Shown in pieces: positions 8,538-18,748 of a stretch of 32,000 nucleotides of DNA (position 1 is its first letter; every line of letters begins with the position of its first letter). Below the pieces are notes generated by a model. It saw nothing but the letters and a program-made list of their open reading frames with translations. It did not search any database and was not told the DNA's origin. This DNA is from Trichodesmium erythraeum IMS101 (lineage in GTDB: Bacteria; Cyanobacteriota; Cyanobacteriia; Cyanobacteriales; Microcoleaceae), in assembly GCF_000014265.1 (NCBI RefSeq), contig NC_008312.1:570001-602000 (forward strand). Reading direction: 5' to 3'. A program made the position numbers and the translations under genes.

Positions 8538-10040
8538 TTAATGATGATTTTTTAGGATATTAAATTGTTCATAATTAATCTTGTTAGACTCATATAAAGT
8601 TTGAGCAATTTCTGTCAAAGTCAATACTGAGTGACCTAGATATCCATGGTCTTGTAACTTATCCTTTACTCCTCGTTCATGGTCAATAAATACAACAATA
8701 TCTTCTACTTTTAATCCCACTGATTTTAGTTTCTCTGCTCCCTCCATTACACTATTACCAGTAATCATAATATCATCCACAACTACAATTTTTTCCCCTG
8801 GTTGAAAATGGCCTTCAATTAATCGGCCAGTACCATAAGCTTTTACCTCTTTGCGAGGAAATATCATTGGGCGTTCTAGATGTAAAGCTAAACCTGTTGC
8901 AGTGGGCAATGAACCATAGGGAATACCTGCAATTCTATCAAATTCCAAATTCTGGATAATTTCAGCATAAGCAGTAACAATTTTATGGAATATTTGGGGA
9001 ATTGAGATGATTTTTCTTAAGTCTATATAGTAGGGAAAAATAGCTCCCGATGCTTGTACATGATCGCCAAAAATAATACAGCCAAGATTATAAAGTTGTA
9101 AGATTAAATCCCGGTGTGGTTGATGTTGTAAAAAACAAATATCTGGCAACCACAATTCACAAGTTGGACTACCTTTAACCATCTTTAGACGTTGTTCATT
9201 TATCGTGCTTATTAAACTTTTAATAGCAGTCTTAGGTTCTGCAGTTCCTAATAATTTTGGTGGTATTGGTAAAAGTAATCCTTCACCATTAATATTCAAA
9301 CCAGCAGCTAAAAGTTGATTTAATTTTTGGGGATTATTAATATCATTTTCTTCTGCTATATCCCCTTGAATTAGTATTAGTCTTTCTGGAGCAACTTGTC
9401 TGATTTTGCCTAGGATATCTGGCATTATTCCTACTTCAAAACCTAGTTTTTCTGGTGTTGCCCATCTTTGAGCTTCTACTACTAATTTCAAATAAAGAGG
9501 TTGCTCTTGATTAGGATATTGTTGTAATACTCCTGCTGAAGCATTTGCTGTGGCACAAAGTAGAAAAACTGCTTTACCTGGATAAAGTAAAAAAGGTACA
9601 ACTAAATCAAATCCTGTATAGGGTAAAATTGTACAAGCATCTACTTGCAAATCTGCAAATATAGACTGAGCAAATACTGTGCTTGTTTTTAAGTCACTGT
9701 GTTTAGCATCTAAGATAATTGGAATTTCAGAAGGAATAGTTTTTAGGGTTTGCTGAAGTAGTTGTAAACCTGGTATGCCGAAAGATTGATAATAGCCTAA
9801 AGAAAGTTTATAAGCACATACATATTTTTCTGTTTGAGTTATTAAAAAATGGAGCCATTCCCACCAATCTTGAATTAGTTCTTGATTATCTTTTTCTGGA
9901 TGTTTAAGAAGCAAATATTTTGCTGGAATATTTTTACCCTCAGCTTGTTTGGGTAAACTTTCTGGATTAGGGTCTAATTCCAGATAAAGTAAACTTTGGT
10001 TCTTTTCTATGCTAGTTAGTAGCTTATCAAAAAAGTTCAT
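8538..10040 (-). CDS. pyrF/pyrE: Bifunctional orotidine-5'-phosphate decarboxylase / orotate phosphoribosyltransferase
   Basis: The N-terminal half has type-2 OMP decarboxylase motifs (LYLELDPNPE, PIILDAKHSDL). The C-terminal half is an OPRTase with the PRPP-binding loop (GEKIVVVDDIMITGNSV) and GIPYGSLPTATGLA. Confidence 0.88.
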   Translation of the reverse strand: MNFFDKLLTSIEKNQSLLYLELDPNPESLPKQAEGKNIPAKYLLLKHPEKDNQELIQDWWEWLHFLITQTEKYVCAYKLSLGYYQSFGIPGLQLLQQTLKTIPSEIPIILDAKHSDLKTSTVFAQSIFADLQVDACTILPYTGFDLVVPFLLYPGKAVFLLCATANASAGVLQQYPNQEQPLYLKLVVEAQRWATPEKLGFEVGIMPDILGKIRQVAPERLILIQGDIAEENDINNPQKLNQLLAAGLNINGEGLLLPIPPKLLGTAEPKTAIKSLISTINEQRLKMVKGSPTCELWLPDICFLQHQPHRDLILQLYNLGCIIFGDHVQASGAIFPYYIDLRKIISIPQIFHKIVTAYAEIIQNLEFDRIAGIPYGSLPTATGLALHLERPMIFPRKEVKAYGTGRLIEGHFQPGEKIVVVDDIMITGNSVMEGAEKLKSVGLKVEDIVVFIDHERGVKDKLQDHGYLGHSVLTLTEIAQTLYESNKINYEQFNILKNHH

Positions 10041-11597
10041 GATTTTTTATTCTGCTTTTTTAGTTATGTAATTATTTAAAATTATATGATATTATAATTG
10101 TTTTAGGAGTTAGGCAGAAACTGGATTATAATCGGAAATTTCGTGAGAGTGAATAACAATAATTAAGGTGAGAAACTGGGTTTCTTGTTTGGGTACATAA
10201 GTTCTGCATTTATTAGTTAATTTATATTACCTATTATTATATTTAGGTGCTGAGTTGGCAAGTATTTTACTTGTTGTTCATGTCTTCTAGCGTTTTAATA
10301 CGGTTATGGCATAAACCTGAATTATTGAGCAACCCTTTCCCAGAGTTTTTTTGGGGGGATAAAACTTTTCGAGTTATTTAACAAATTGATATTAACAGTT
10401 AATCAATAATAATCTATGGAGGAAATGTTTATTTTGTCAGCTAGGAATATCAAGCTACAGTTAAAATATTTGATTTAGGAAATATCTTAAGTAGACTTAT
10501 ATTTAGTAAAAAGATTAGATGAAGTAAATAGATGGATTAAATATTTAAAACTTAGTACTCTGAAAAATAAAAATTTTGTGATACTATTTTGGCAAATAGC
10601 TTATTCAAAATTATCAAATTTTTCTAATTATCAAATCTATCCCAAAGAACATTGAGGGATAATTTTAATATCGGAAAATGAATCCTACAGAATAATATTG
10701 ATATAGGGAATTATTTCCAAAATGGCTATAATAAAAATACGCATTATTTTAGATTGGGAAATAAAAGCTAATGTCAGGAGAGTTGACTCGGGAAAATAGG
10801 GGAATAATTAAGGCGATCGCTAATTAAATTGAATTGAATTAAGGCATATATTGACAAGGCTATCCTGTTTATTTGTTAATGGTAACTGATATTATTTTTA
10901 GTCTTATTCAAGAGAAACTATTACATATTTAAGTTACTAAATTGTCTAAAAAATTTGCTTTAAATAAGCAATAAAAATAGAAATATACTTTAGTATTTTG
11001 GGTAATTAATAGTTTTTTTTCAGCTATGCTCTTTGGTAAGAATATTTTCAAAATCAATTACTTAAAACTACATTAAATAAAAGCAAAACCTCCATCAAGT
11101 GATTATTTAAAGTATACTTTATAAAAGTAAAGTTTATAACTGAGTGTAAAGTAACTAAAGAAAAATATTAATATTATGGTGACAAACAAAAAAATCCGGT
11201 AGAGAAATTAGCAGAGTTTACAAAACTATTATAATTAACTCTGATTTTATTGGTTAATATTTTAATTTATAGTTAATAAACAGTAGGATTTTATGTAGAA
11301 TATATTGATTAAAATTGGTATAATAATATATAGTTTAATTATATGACTTTTTTTGCTTCAAAGTAATTAAATAGTAGCAGTAATATTGAGAAAAATATCA
11401 AGATAAAAATCTATATCGGAAATGACTTTAGAGTTATAAAAAATTATTTTATCGTGAAGAATTGGCACTTAACTTACCTAGTTTGCTTATCTATAATATC
11501 TATAATTATGTGAACTATATGATTTTTTATCGCCCTGTGAAAAACGGCATAAAAAATGCCATAGTTAGAGAGCAAATGCAACATTTAGGGGGCAAAT

Positions 11598-11641
11598 GCC
11601 ATTTACTCCTACTAGATATGGCGTTTGGTGCGTAAGTCCTG
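11598..11641. repeat. Short dispersed repeat, copy 2
   Basis: GCCATTTACTCCTACTAGATATGGCG...GTGCGTAAGTCCTG matches 603..655, with a 9-nt shorter middle. It lies about 45 nt upstream of the miaB start. Confidence 0.4.
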
Positions 11642-11687
11642 ATAATATTAAGTTCTGGTATACTATCATTTTATTCCATCTTTAAAT

Positions 11688-13043
11688 ATGAATACAAATA
11701 ACCGTCACTATCACATTACTACTTTCGGCTGTCAAATGAACAAAGCTGACTCCGAACGCATGGCAGGTATCTTAGATAATATGGGTCTTATTTCTTCAGA
11801 AGACCCTAACAAAGCTGATATCATTCTATATAATACTTGCACTATTCGCGACAATGCTGAACAAAAAGTCTATTCTTACCTGGGTAGACAAGCAAAACGT
11901 AAACATAAACAACCAGACCTCACTCTTATTGTTGCTGGATGTGTGGCTCAACAGGAAGGGGCGGCACTACTGCGGCGAGTTCCCGAACTTGACTTAATTA
12001 TGGGACCTCAACATGCTAACCGTTTGCAAGATTTATTAGAACAGGTATTTAATGGCAACCAAGTAGTCGCGACTGAACCTATTCATATTGTGGAAGATAT
12101 TACTAAACCTAGACGGGATAGTAAAATTACTGCTTGGGTAAATATAATTTATGGTTGCAACGAACACTGTACCTATTGTGTTGTTCCTAGTGTACGGGGT
12201 GTAGAGCAGTCTCGTACACCTGAGGCTATTCGCGCTGAAATGGAAGAGTTGGGGCGACAAGGTTATCAGGAAATAACATTGTTAGGTCAAAATATTGATG
12301 CTTATGGACGGGACTTACCCGGGGTAACAAAAGAAGGGCGTAATAAATACACTTTCACAGATTTACTTTACTATGTGCATGATGTACCAGGTGTTGAACG
12401 TATTCGCTTTGCCACGAGTCACCCCCGCTATTTTACAGAACGTTTAATTAGAGCTTGTGCTGAGTTGCCTAAGGTTTGTGAACATTTCCATATTCCGTTT
12501 CAGTCTGGAGATAATAAGTTATTGAAGGCAATGGCTAGGGGTTACACTCATGAAAAATATCGCCGCATTATTGATAAAATTCGGGAACTGATGCCGGATG
12601 CTTCTATTAGTGCTGATGCAATAGTTGGGTTTCCTGGGGAAACTGAGGCACAATTTGAGAATACTCTGAAGTTGGTGGAGGATATTGGGTTTGATCAGTT
12701 GAATACTGCTGCTTATTCTCCTAGGCCGGGAACTCCAGCGGCTTTATGGGAAAATCAATTGGGTGAGGAGGTGAAGTCAGATAGACTACAACGGTTGAAT
12801 CATTTGGTTGGTGTGAAGGCGGCCGATCGTTCGCAACGTTATATGGGTCGTATTGAAGAAGTTTTAGTTGAAGACATGAACCCTAAAAATGCTGCTCAAG
12901 TTATGGGTCGTACCCGTGGTAACCGTCTGACATTTTTTGAGGGAGATATTGCTCAGTTGAAGGGTAAGTTAGTTAAGGTGAAAATTACTGAAGTACGTCC
13001 ATTTAGTTTGACTGGTGAGGTGAAGGAATTTGTGCTAGTCTAG
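11688..13043 (+). CDS. miaB: tRNA (N6-isopentenyl-adenosine-37) methylthiotransferase MiaB
   Basis: N-terminal UPF0004 cysteines (FGCQMN, YNTCTIR, GCVAQ), the radical-SAM motif [11 protein letters not shown], and a C-terminal TRAM-like domain ([10 protein letters not shown]...VKITEV). Confidence 0.92.
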   Translation: MNTNNRHYHITTFGCQMNKADSERMAGILDNMGLISSEDPNKADIILYNTCTIRDNAEQKVYSYLGRQAKRKHKQPDLTLIVAGCVAQQEGAALLRRVPELDLIMGPQHANRLQDLLEQVFNGNQVVATEPIHIVEDITKPRRDSKITAWVNIIYGCNEHCTYCVVPSVRGVEQSRTPEAIRAEMEELGRQGYQEITLLGQNIDAYGRDLPGVTKEGRNKYTFTDLLYYVHDVPGVERIRFATSHPRYFTERLIRACAELPKVCEHFHIPFQSGDNKLLKAMARGYTHEKYRRIIDKIRELMPDASISADAIVGFPGETEAQFENTLKLVEDIGFDQLNTAAYSPRPGTPAALWENQLGEEVKSDRLQRLNHLVGVKAADRSQRYMGRIEEVLVEDMNPKNAAQVMGRTRGNRLTFFEGDIAQLKGKLVKVKITEVRPFSLTGEVKEFVLV

Positions 13044-13598
13044 GAGTTTTGACTTATAACGTTTTCATATTAATGAACCATATCGTCATAAGCAAAACCA
13101 AGCTGGAAAATTGTTGTAGCCTGCGTATGAGTAATATCATGTCTGGATCATTAGTCATAAAAAGCATGTGGTTTGTAGTTGGGCAAGAGCTCTATTTGCA
13201 CAACTATACTTAGTCCATAAAGGGCTTTTGAAATTGATGAACCACATGGTGATAACCTAAACTGTGTAGAGGCGTTCAATAGAGCGTCCCTACTGTGGTC
13301 TACTGAAATAAAAACCGCTATAAGTTTTGAAAGCTTTATATAGATATGCTTATCCATTCTTAAAGTCTAGTATCTAAATAGCGATCGCATAATGTATTTT
13401 TCTCGTCAGCCCCAGCTTGACAAGCCTGGTTCCCCAAAAAGGAATAAGTGGTCTACCAGAAAGGTCAAAATTTAGGAGAAAGTAAAACCTATGTAATCTT
13501 TGCTCCATAAAGATTATCATAGTTTATTGCTAAGCAAATATCTGCACTTAGGGCTAAAGCTTTACTACAAAATTTAATTATAACTATTCAACCAGGCA

Positions 13599-13607
13599 TG
13601 ATATAAT
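13599..13607 (+). promoter_or_regulatory. Candidate extended -10 promoter (TGaTATAAT) for the TPS-CHAT operon
   Basis: Exact TGnTATAAT at 13599..13607, about 85 nt upstream of the TpsB GTG start. There is no good -35, which is compatible with an extended -10 promoter. Confidence 0.35.
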
Positions 13608-13691
13608 TCTTAAAAGCCTCAGTTAAACTAAGAAAGAAACATTGAGGTTTTATATCAGTTTTATCAAGTAATATATAAAGGTAGAATTTAA

Positions 13692-15479
13692 GTGTTTGAG
13701 AAATTTTCCCAGGAAAGGTGGCTAATTTTGCCCATATTTCTAACTGTTTTGGGGAGCCCTGTTAAAGTGTCTGCTCATCCGGTCTTGATTTCTAGTCAAG
13801 ATCCAGAAATAGCTAGGACTTTCTGGCTATCTCGGACTAATACTAGCTCTTTGGCTCAAGTTCCTGCTCCCATTCCTCCTAAAACTCCGGAACCCCCTCT
13901 TCCTAAATTTCCTATTCAGCTAGAGTCTCCCCAACTTGATATTACTCCACCCGGAGCTTCAGAGAATGAATTAGAAAACTCTGAACCTTATCTACGGGTG
14001 AAGATTAATAAGTTTGAATTTGTCGGTTACACGGCATTTACCAAGGAAGAATTAGAGGAGGTGGTTAAACCTTTTACTGAGCGACCTATTACCTTTGCTG
14101 AACTCCTCCAAGCTGAGAAAGCGGTGACTGATAAATACGTTCAGGCCGGTTATATCAATTCCGGAGCCGTAATCTTAGCTGGACAAAATCTCAAGGATGG
14201 GGTAGTAAAGATAAAGATTATTGAAGGGGAAATAGAAGATATTCAGGTAACCGTAACAGGACGCTTGAACCCCAACTATGTCCGTAGCCGGTTAGCTCTA
14301 GCTACGGAAAAGCCCTTTGATCAGAATAAGTTACTTCGGGCTCTCCAATTATTACAGCTTGACCCCCTAATAGCTATTATTAAAGCAGAGGTATCAGCTG
14401 GACCCCTTCCCCAATCTAGTTTGCTGACTGTCAGTGTTACCCAGGCAGACTCTTTTAGTATTGAATCTTTTGCTAACAATAGTCGCGCTCCTAATGTGGG
14501 CAGCTTTCAACGGGGTCTTCGGTTAAAGCAGGGAAATTTATTGGGTTTTGGTGATGGACTAAACGCGAGCTATACAAATTCTGACGGTAGTAACAATTTT
14601 AGTTTTAACTACACTATTCCGTTTAATGCCCGCAATGGTACGATTCAACTTACTACAGAATTAACTGATACTCGTGTAGTTGAATCTCCTTTCGATGACC
14701 TTGATATTATGGGAGAGTCCCAATACTACGAACTGACAGTGCGCCAACCTATTATCCAATTTCCTACCCAAGAATTGGCTCTGGGTTTAACTTTTTATCG
14801 ACAAAACCGTGAGAGTGAACTATTGGGAGAACCTTTTCCTCTATCTCCTGGTGCTAATGAGAAGGGGGAAACACGAATCTCGGCGATTCGACTTTTCCAA
14901 GATTGGGTTAAACGGAATCAGGCAGAAGTATTTGCTGTTCGTTCTCAATTTAGTTTGGGAGTGGGGGCTTTCAATGCTACCATTAATGATGACCTCCCCG
15001 ATAGTCGCTTTTTTAGTTGGCGAGGACAAGGACAGTATGTGCGACGTTTAGCTAAGAATTCGGATTCTTTGCTGGTGGTGCGCACAAATATCCAGTTGGC
15101 TGATAGAGGTTTGTTACCTGTAGAACAGTTTCGTATTGGTGGTGTTAATAGTGTTAGGGGTTATCGCCAAGATTTATCGTTTACTGATAATGGACTTTTT
15201 TTAGGCACTGAGGTCCGACTGCCTATTATGCGCTGGGATAATGTAGAGGGAGTTTTGCAGATAGTTCCTTTTGTGGATTTTGGAGTCGGTTGGAACAGTT
15301 CTGATTTGCCTGAACCAGAGCACAATAGTCTGGCAGGAGTCGGTTTTGGGTTACTATGGCAGATGAGCGATCGCCTCAGCGCCCGCTTTGATTGGGGTAT
15401 ACCTTTGATGGACGTTACTTCGGAGGAAAAAACGTTACAGGAAAATGGTCTTTATTTTACCATTGATGCTAAATTTTAG
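13692..15479 (+). CDS. ShlB/FhaC/HecB-family two-partner-secretion outer-membrane transporter (TpsB)
   Basis: GTG start. Signal peptide ...VLGSPVKVSA|HP. POTRA region (RVKINKFEFVGYTAFTKEELEEVVKPF...GYINSGAVIL...VKIKIIEGEIEDI). The C-terminal half is rich in beta-barrel strands (FRIGGVNSVRGY) and ends with a terminal aromatic residue, ...YFTIDAKF. Confidence 0.88.
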   Translation: MFEKFSQERWLILPIFLTVLGSPVKVSAHPVLISSQDPEIARTFWLSRTNTSSLAQVPAPIPPKTPEPPLPKFPIQLESPQLDITPPGASENELENSEPYLRVKINKFEFVGYTAFTKEELEEVVKPFTERPITFAELLQAEKAVTDKYVQAGYINSGAVILAGQNLKDGVVKIKIIEGEIEDIQVTVTGRLNPNYVRSRLALATEKPFDQNKLLRALQLLQLDPLIAIIKAEVSAGPLPQSSLLTVSVTQADSFSIESFANNSRAPNVGSFQRGLRLKQGNLLGFGDGLNASYTNSDGSNNFSFNYTIPFNARNGTIQLTTELTDTRVVESPFDDLDIMGESQYYELTVRQPIIQFPTQELALGLTFYRQNRESELLGEPFPLSPGANEKGETRISAIRLFQDWVKRNQAEVFAVRSQFSLGVGAFNATINDDLPDSRFFSWRGQGQYVRRLAKNSDSLLVVRTNIQLADRGLLPVEQFRIGGVNSVRGYRQDLSFTDNGLFLGTEVRLPIMRWDNVEGVLQIVPFVDFGVGWNSSDLPEPEHNSLAGVGFGLLWQMSDRLSARFDWGIPLMDVTSEEKTLQENGLYFTIDAKF

Positions 15480-15491
15480 AGGGATAAAATT

Positions 15492-18400
15492 ATGGACAAA
15501 TTTCGATGTCAGCCTAAATTAAGTGCTTTTGTTGCTTTGGCCTTTTCTTTGTCGCCAATTGTTGCGACTGCCCAAATTGTTCCTGATGACACTTTGGGTA
15601 AGGAGAGTTCGGTGGTGGTTCCTGATAATATTAAAGGTATTCCCAGTGAACGTCTGGAAGGAGGGGCAATTCGTGATGGTAATCTGTTCCACAGTTTCGG
15701 AGAATTTAATGTTGGGGAGGGACAAGGAGCTTATTTTGCTAATCCTGCTTTGATTGAGAATATATTCACCAGGGTGACTGGGACTAATGTGTCTAACCTT
15801 CTGGGAACTTTGGGAGTGTTGGGTAATGCTAACCTATTTCTGATTAATCCCAACGGCGTTATTTTTGGTCCTAATGCTAGCTTAGATTTGCAGGGGTCTT
15901 TTGTAGTTAGTAGCGCTGAGAGTTTTGTTTTCAACAATTTTGAGTTTAGTGCCTCTAATCCCCAAGCACCACCTTTATTGACGATAAATATTCCCCTGGG
16001 TTTGCGGTTTCAAGAGAATCCGGGACCGATAAGTGCTAGGGCTACTAGTGAGCTTAAGGTAGGACCAAGGCAAACTTTGGGGCTGTTGGGGGGTGAAGTT
16101 AGGTTGGATGGTACTGTCATTGAATCTCCGGGAACTCAAGTAGAGTTGGGGAGTCTCGCTGTTCCTGGGGTAGTGGAACTAAATGAGGATTTAAGTTTCA
16201 TTTTTCCTGAAGGGGCGGCGCGAGGGGATATATTTTTAGGGAATGAGGCGGTAATTAATGTCCGTAGTGGAGGGGGTGGAAGTATAACTATCAAGGCCCA
16301 GAATGTAGATGTTGTGGGCGGAAGTGAACTTCTGGCAGGAATAAGTGAAGGGTTAGGCTCCCCTGAAGCTCAGGGAGGTGATATTGAGATTAATGCTACT
16401 GGTAGAATTAATTTAGCTGATAACAGCTTGATTGATAATGAGGTCGAAGAAAATGCTGTGGGCAACAGTGGTAATATTAAAATTAAGACTGGTGCACTTT
16501 CAGTTAATAATGGCTCAATTATAGGTACTACCATCTCCGGAGAAGGAACTGCTGGCAGTGTGACTATTGAAGCGAGTGACGCTGTAGTCTTGGATGGAGT
16601 AAGAGACTTAGACATTTTAACTGGAGTAAGTAGCAGTGTGGAAGAAGGAGCAGAAGGGAATGGAGGGGTTATCACTATTACCACCGGCTCTCTGGAAGTT
16701 AAAAATGGTGCTGAGATACTTTCCATTAACTGGGGTAAAGGAAATGCAGGGACTGTGAATATTAATGCTACTGAGACTGTCGTCTTGGATGGAGGAAACT
16801 CAGAATTTTCCACTGGAATAGCTACCAGTCTGGAAGAAGGAGCAGAAGGGAAAGCAGGGGTTGTCACTATTACCACAGGCTCTCTGGAAGTTAAAAATGG
16901 TGCTATAATAGATTCCCTTACTTTGGGTAAAGGAGACGCAGGGGCTGTGAATATTAATGCTACTGAGACTGTCGTCTTGGATGGAGAAAACTCAGAATTT
17001 GCTACTGGAGTAAATAGCGATGCGGATCCAGGATCAGAAGGGAATGCAGGGGGTGTTACTATTACCACAGGCTCTCTGGAAGTTAAAAATGGTGCTGTGA
17101 TAGGTGCCGTTACCTTTAGTAAAGGAGATGCAGGGACTGTGAATATTAATGCTACTGAGACTGTCGTCTTGGATGGAGGAGACTCAGAAATTTTAACTGG
17201 AGTAAATAGCAGTGTAGCACCAGGAGCAGAAGGGAATGCAGGGGGTGTTACTATTACCACCGGCTCTCTGGAAGTTAAAAATGGTGCTGTGATAGGTGCC
17301 GTTACCTTTAGTAAAGGAGATGCAGGGACTGTGAATATTAATGCTACTGAGACTGTCGTCTTGGATAGAGGAGACTCAGAATTTTTAACTGTAGTAGCTA
17401 GCAGTGTAGCACCAGGAGCAGAAGGGAAGGCAGGGGGTGTTACTATTACCACCGGCTCTCTGGAAGTTAAAAATGGTGCAGAGATAGAAGCCAGTACCTT
17501 TAGTAAAGGAGATGCAGGGACTGTGAATATTAACGCTACTGAGACTGTAGTCTTGGATGGAGAAAACTCAGAAATTTTGACTGGAGTAACTAGCAGTGTG
17601 GAAGAAGGAGCAGAAGGGAAGGCAGGGGGTGTTACGGTTACCACCGGCTCTCTGGAAGTTAAAAATGGTGCTCAGCTACTTGCCGTTACCTTTGGTAAAG
17701 GAGATGCAGGGACTGTGAATATTAATGCTACTGAGACTGTAATCTTGGATGGAGGAGACTCAGAAATTTTAACTGTAGTGGCTAGCGGTGTAGCACAAGG
17801 AGCAGAAGGGAATGCAGGGGGTGTTACTATTACTACCGGCTCTCTGGAAGTTAAAAATGGTGCTGGGATAGCTGCCGATACTCTTCCTGAGTCCACAGGG
17901 AATGGTAGCGACATCTCCATTGACGCCACCAAAGTTACTATCACCAATAGCTCTGAAATAGTTGTAAGCAGCGCAGGACAGGGCAACAGTGGTAATATAT
18001 TCCTCAGTGCTGGGGACCTCTTCCTTGATCGTGGTTCTAAAGTCTCTGCCATTACTGCTAGTGGCCAAGGAGGTAACATGACTTTCAATATTGCCAATCT
18101 CTTCAGCTTGCGAAACAACAGTCCCATCTCAACTACGGCAGGAGGGACAGGTAATGGTGGAAACATCAACCTATCGACTGAATTTTTCCTCGCCAGAGAC
18201 GACAGCGACATCACTGCCAATGCTTTTGAAGGCAACGGTGGCAATATATCGATTGCAACTCAAGGTATTTTTAGCTTCCCTAATAGCACCATTGATGCTA
18301 GCTCACAACTAGGAATTGATGGAGTTATCGAAATCAATACCCCTGATATTGATCCTAGTCAGGGATTAATTAAGTTGTCAGAAAACGTGGTAGATCCTGA

Positions 18401-18713
18401 CCAATTGATTGCCCAAAATCCATGCCTACAGGGAGAAGAAAGCGAATATATCATCACGGGGCGAGGGGGTTTGTCTCCCAGTCCTGCTCAAACCCTAAAC
18501 AGCGACCCCTTAGAAGTGGGATTAGTGGAAGCAGCCACAGGGACGGCAGCCACTGTTACCCCACCGCCACCACCGACTTCTACTGCCCAAATTGTTCCCG
18601 CCAAAGGGTGGAAACTTAATGAAAAAGGTGAGGTGATCTTAGTGAGTTACGACCCCACTAATACCCAGGTTCAAAAGCACAGAGCTAATCCTGCTACCTG
18701 TCAGCCTCGCTGA
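15492..18713 (+). CDS. Filamentous-haemagglutinin-like TpsA exoprotein (TPS domain plus beta-helical repeats)
   Basis: Signal peptide ...SPIVATA|QIVP. TPS-domain motifs are GNLFHSFGEFNV and ANLFLINPNGVIFG. It is Gly/Asn/Thr/Val-rich, with seven 64-aa tandem units. The C-terminal tail reads NPC-LQGEESEYIITGRGGLSPSP...PPPPP...ATCQPR. It starts 12 nt after the TpsB stop, with AGAGGG 8 nt upstream. Confidence 0.9.
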   Translation: MDKFRCQPKLSAFVALAFSLSPIVATAQIVPDDTLGKESSVVVPDNIKGIPSERLEGGAIRDGNLFHSFGEFNVGEGQGAYFANPALIENIFTRVTGTNVSNLLGTLGVLGNANLFLINPNGVIFGPNASLDLQGSFVVSSAESFVFNNFEFSASNPQAPPLLTINIPLGLRFQENPGPISARATSELKVGPRQTLGLLGGEVRLDGTVIESPGTQVELGSLAVPGVVELNEDLSFIFPEGAARGDIFLGNEAVINVRSGGGGSITIKAQNVDVVGGSELLAGISEGLGSPEAQGGDIEINATGRINLADNSLIDNEVEENAVGNSGNIKIKTGALSVNNGSIIGTTISGEGTAGSVTIEASDAVVLDGVRDLDILTGVSSSVEEGAEGNGGVITITTGSLEVKNGAEILSINWGKGNAGTVNINATETVVLDGGNSEFSTGIATSLEEGAEGKAGVVTITTGSLEVKNGAIIDSLTLGKGDAGAVNINATETVVLDGENSEFATGVNSDADPGSEGNAGGVTITTGSLEVKNGAVIGAVTFSKGDAGTVNINATETVVLDGGDSEILTGVNSSVAPGAEGNAGGVTITTGSLEVKNGAVIGAVTFSKGDAGTVNINATETVVLDRGDSEFLTVVASSVAPGAEGKAGGVTITTGSLEVKNGAEIEASTFSKGDAGTVNINATETVVLDGENSEILTGVTSSVEEGAEGKAGGVTVTTGSLEVKNGAQLLAVTFGKGDAGTVNINATETVILDGGDSEILTVVASGVAQGAEGNAGGVTITTGSLEVKNGAGIAADTLPESTGNGSDISIDATKVTITNSSEIVVSSAGQGNSGNIFLSAGDLFLDRGSKVSAITASGQGGNMTFNIANLFSLRNNSPISTTAGGTGNGGNINLSTEFFLARDDSDITANAFEGNGGNISIATQGIFSFPNSTIDASSQLGIDGVIEINTPDIDPSQGLIKLSENVVDPDQLIAQNPCLQGEESEYIITGRGGLSPSPAQTLNSDPLEVGLVEAATGTAATVTPPPPPTSTAQIVPAKGWKLNEKGEVILVSYDPTNTQVQKHRANPATCQPR
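16548..17891 (+). repeat. Seven in-frame tandem repeats of 192 bp (64 aa) inside the TpsA gene
   Basis: Unit starts are at 16548, 16740, 16932, 17124, 17316, 17508 and 17700, an exact 192-bp period. The consensus is G(D/N)AGTVNINATETVVLDGG.SE..TGV.S.V..GAEG.AGGVTITTGSLEVKNGA.I....F.K. Units at 17124 and 17316 differ at only about 6 nucleotide positions. Further degenerate units flank the array. Confidence 0.9.
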
Positions 18714-18748
18714 GAAAATTCACAACTGACAACTGATGAGGAAAAAGA

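Noticed and set aside
13151-13357. 68-aa minus-strand ORF downstream of miaB
   Set aside because: No RBS and an unremarkable composition, in an intergenic region between unrelated genes. It cannot be supported from sequence alone.
16370-18244. Long minus-strand ORFs (16370..17644, 424 aa; 17672..18244; 17769..18068) antisense to the TpsA gene
   Set aside because: They lie entirely within the repeat region of a well-supported plus-strand gene and have P/S/T/V-rich low-complexity translations that mirror the repeats. Stop-free antisense frames are expected for GNN/ANN-rich repeats.
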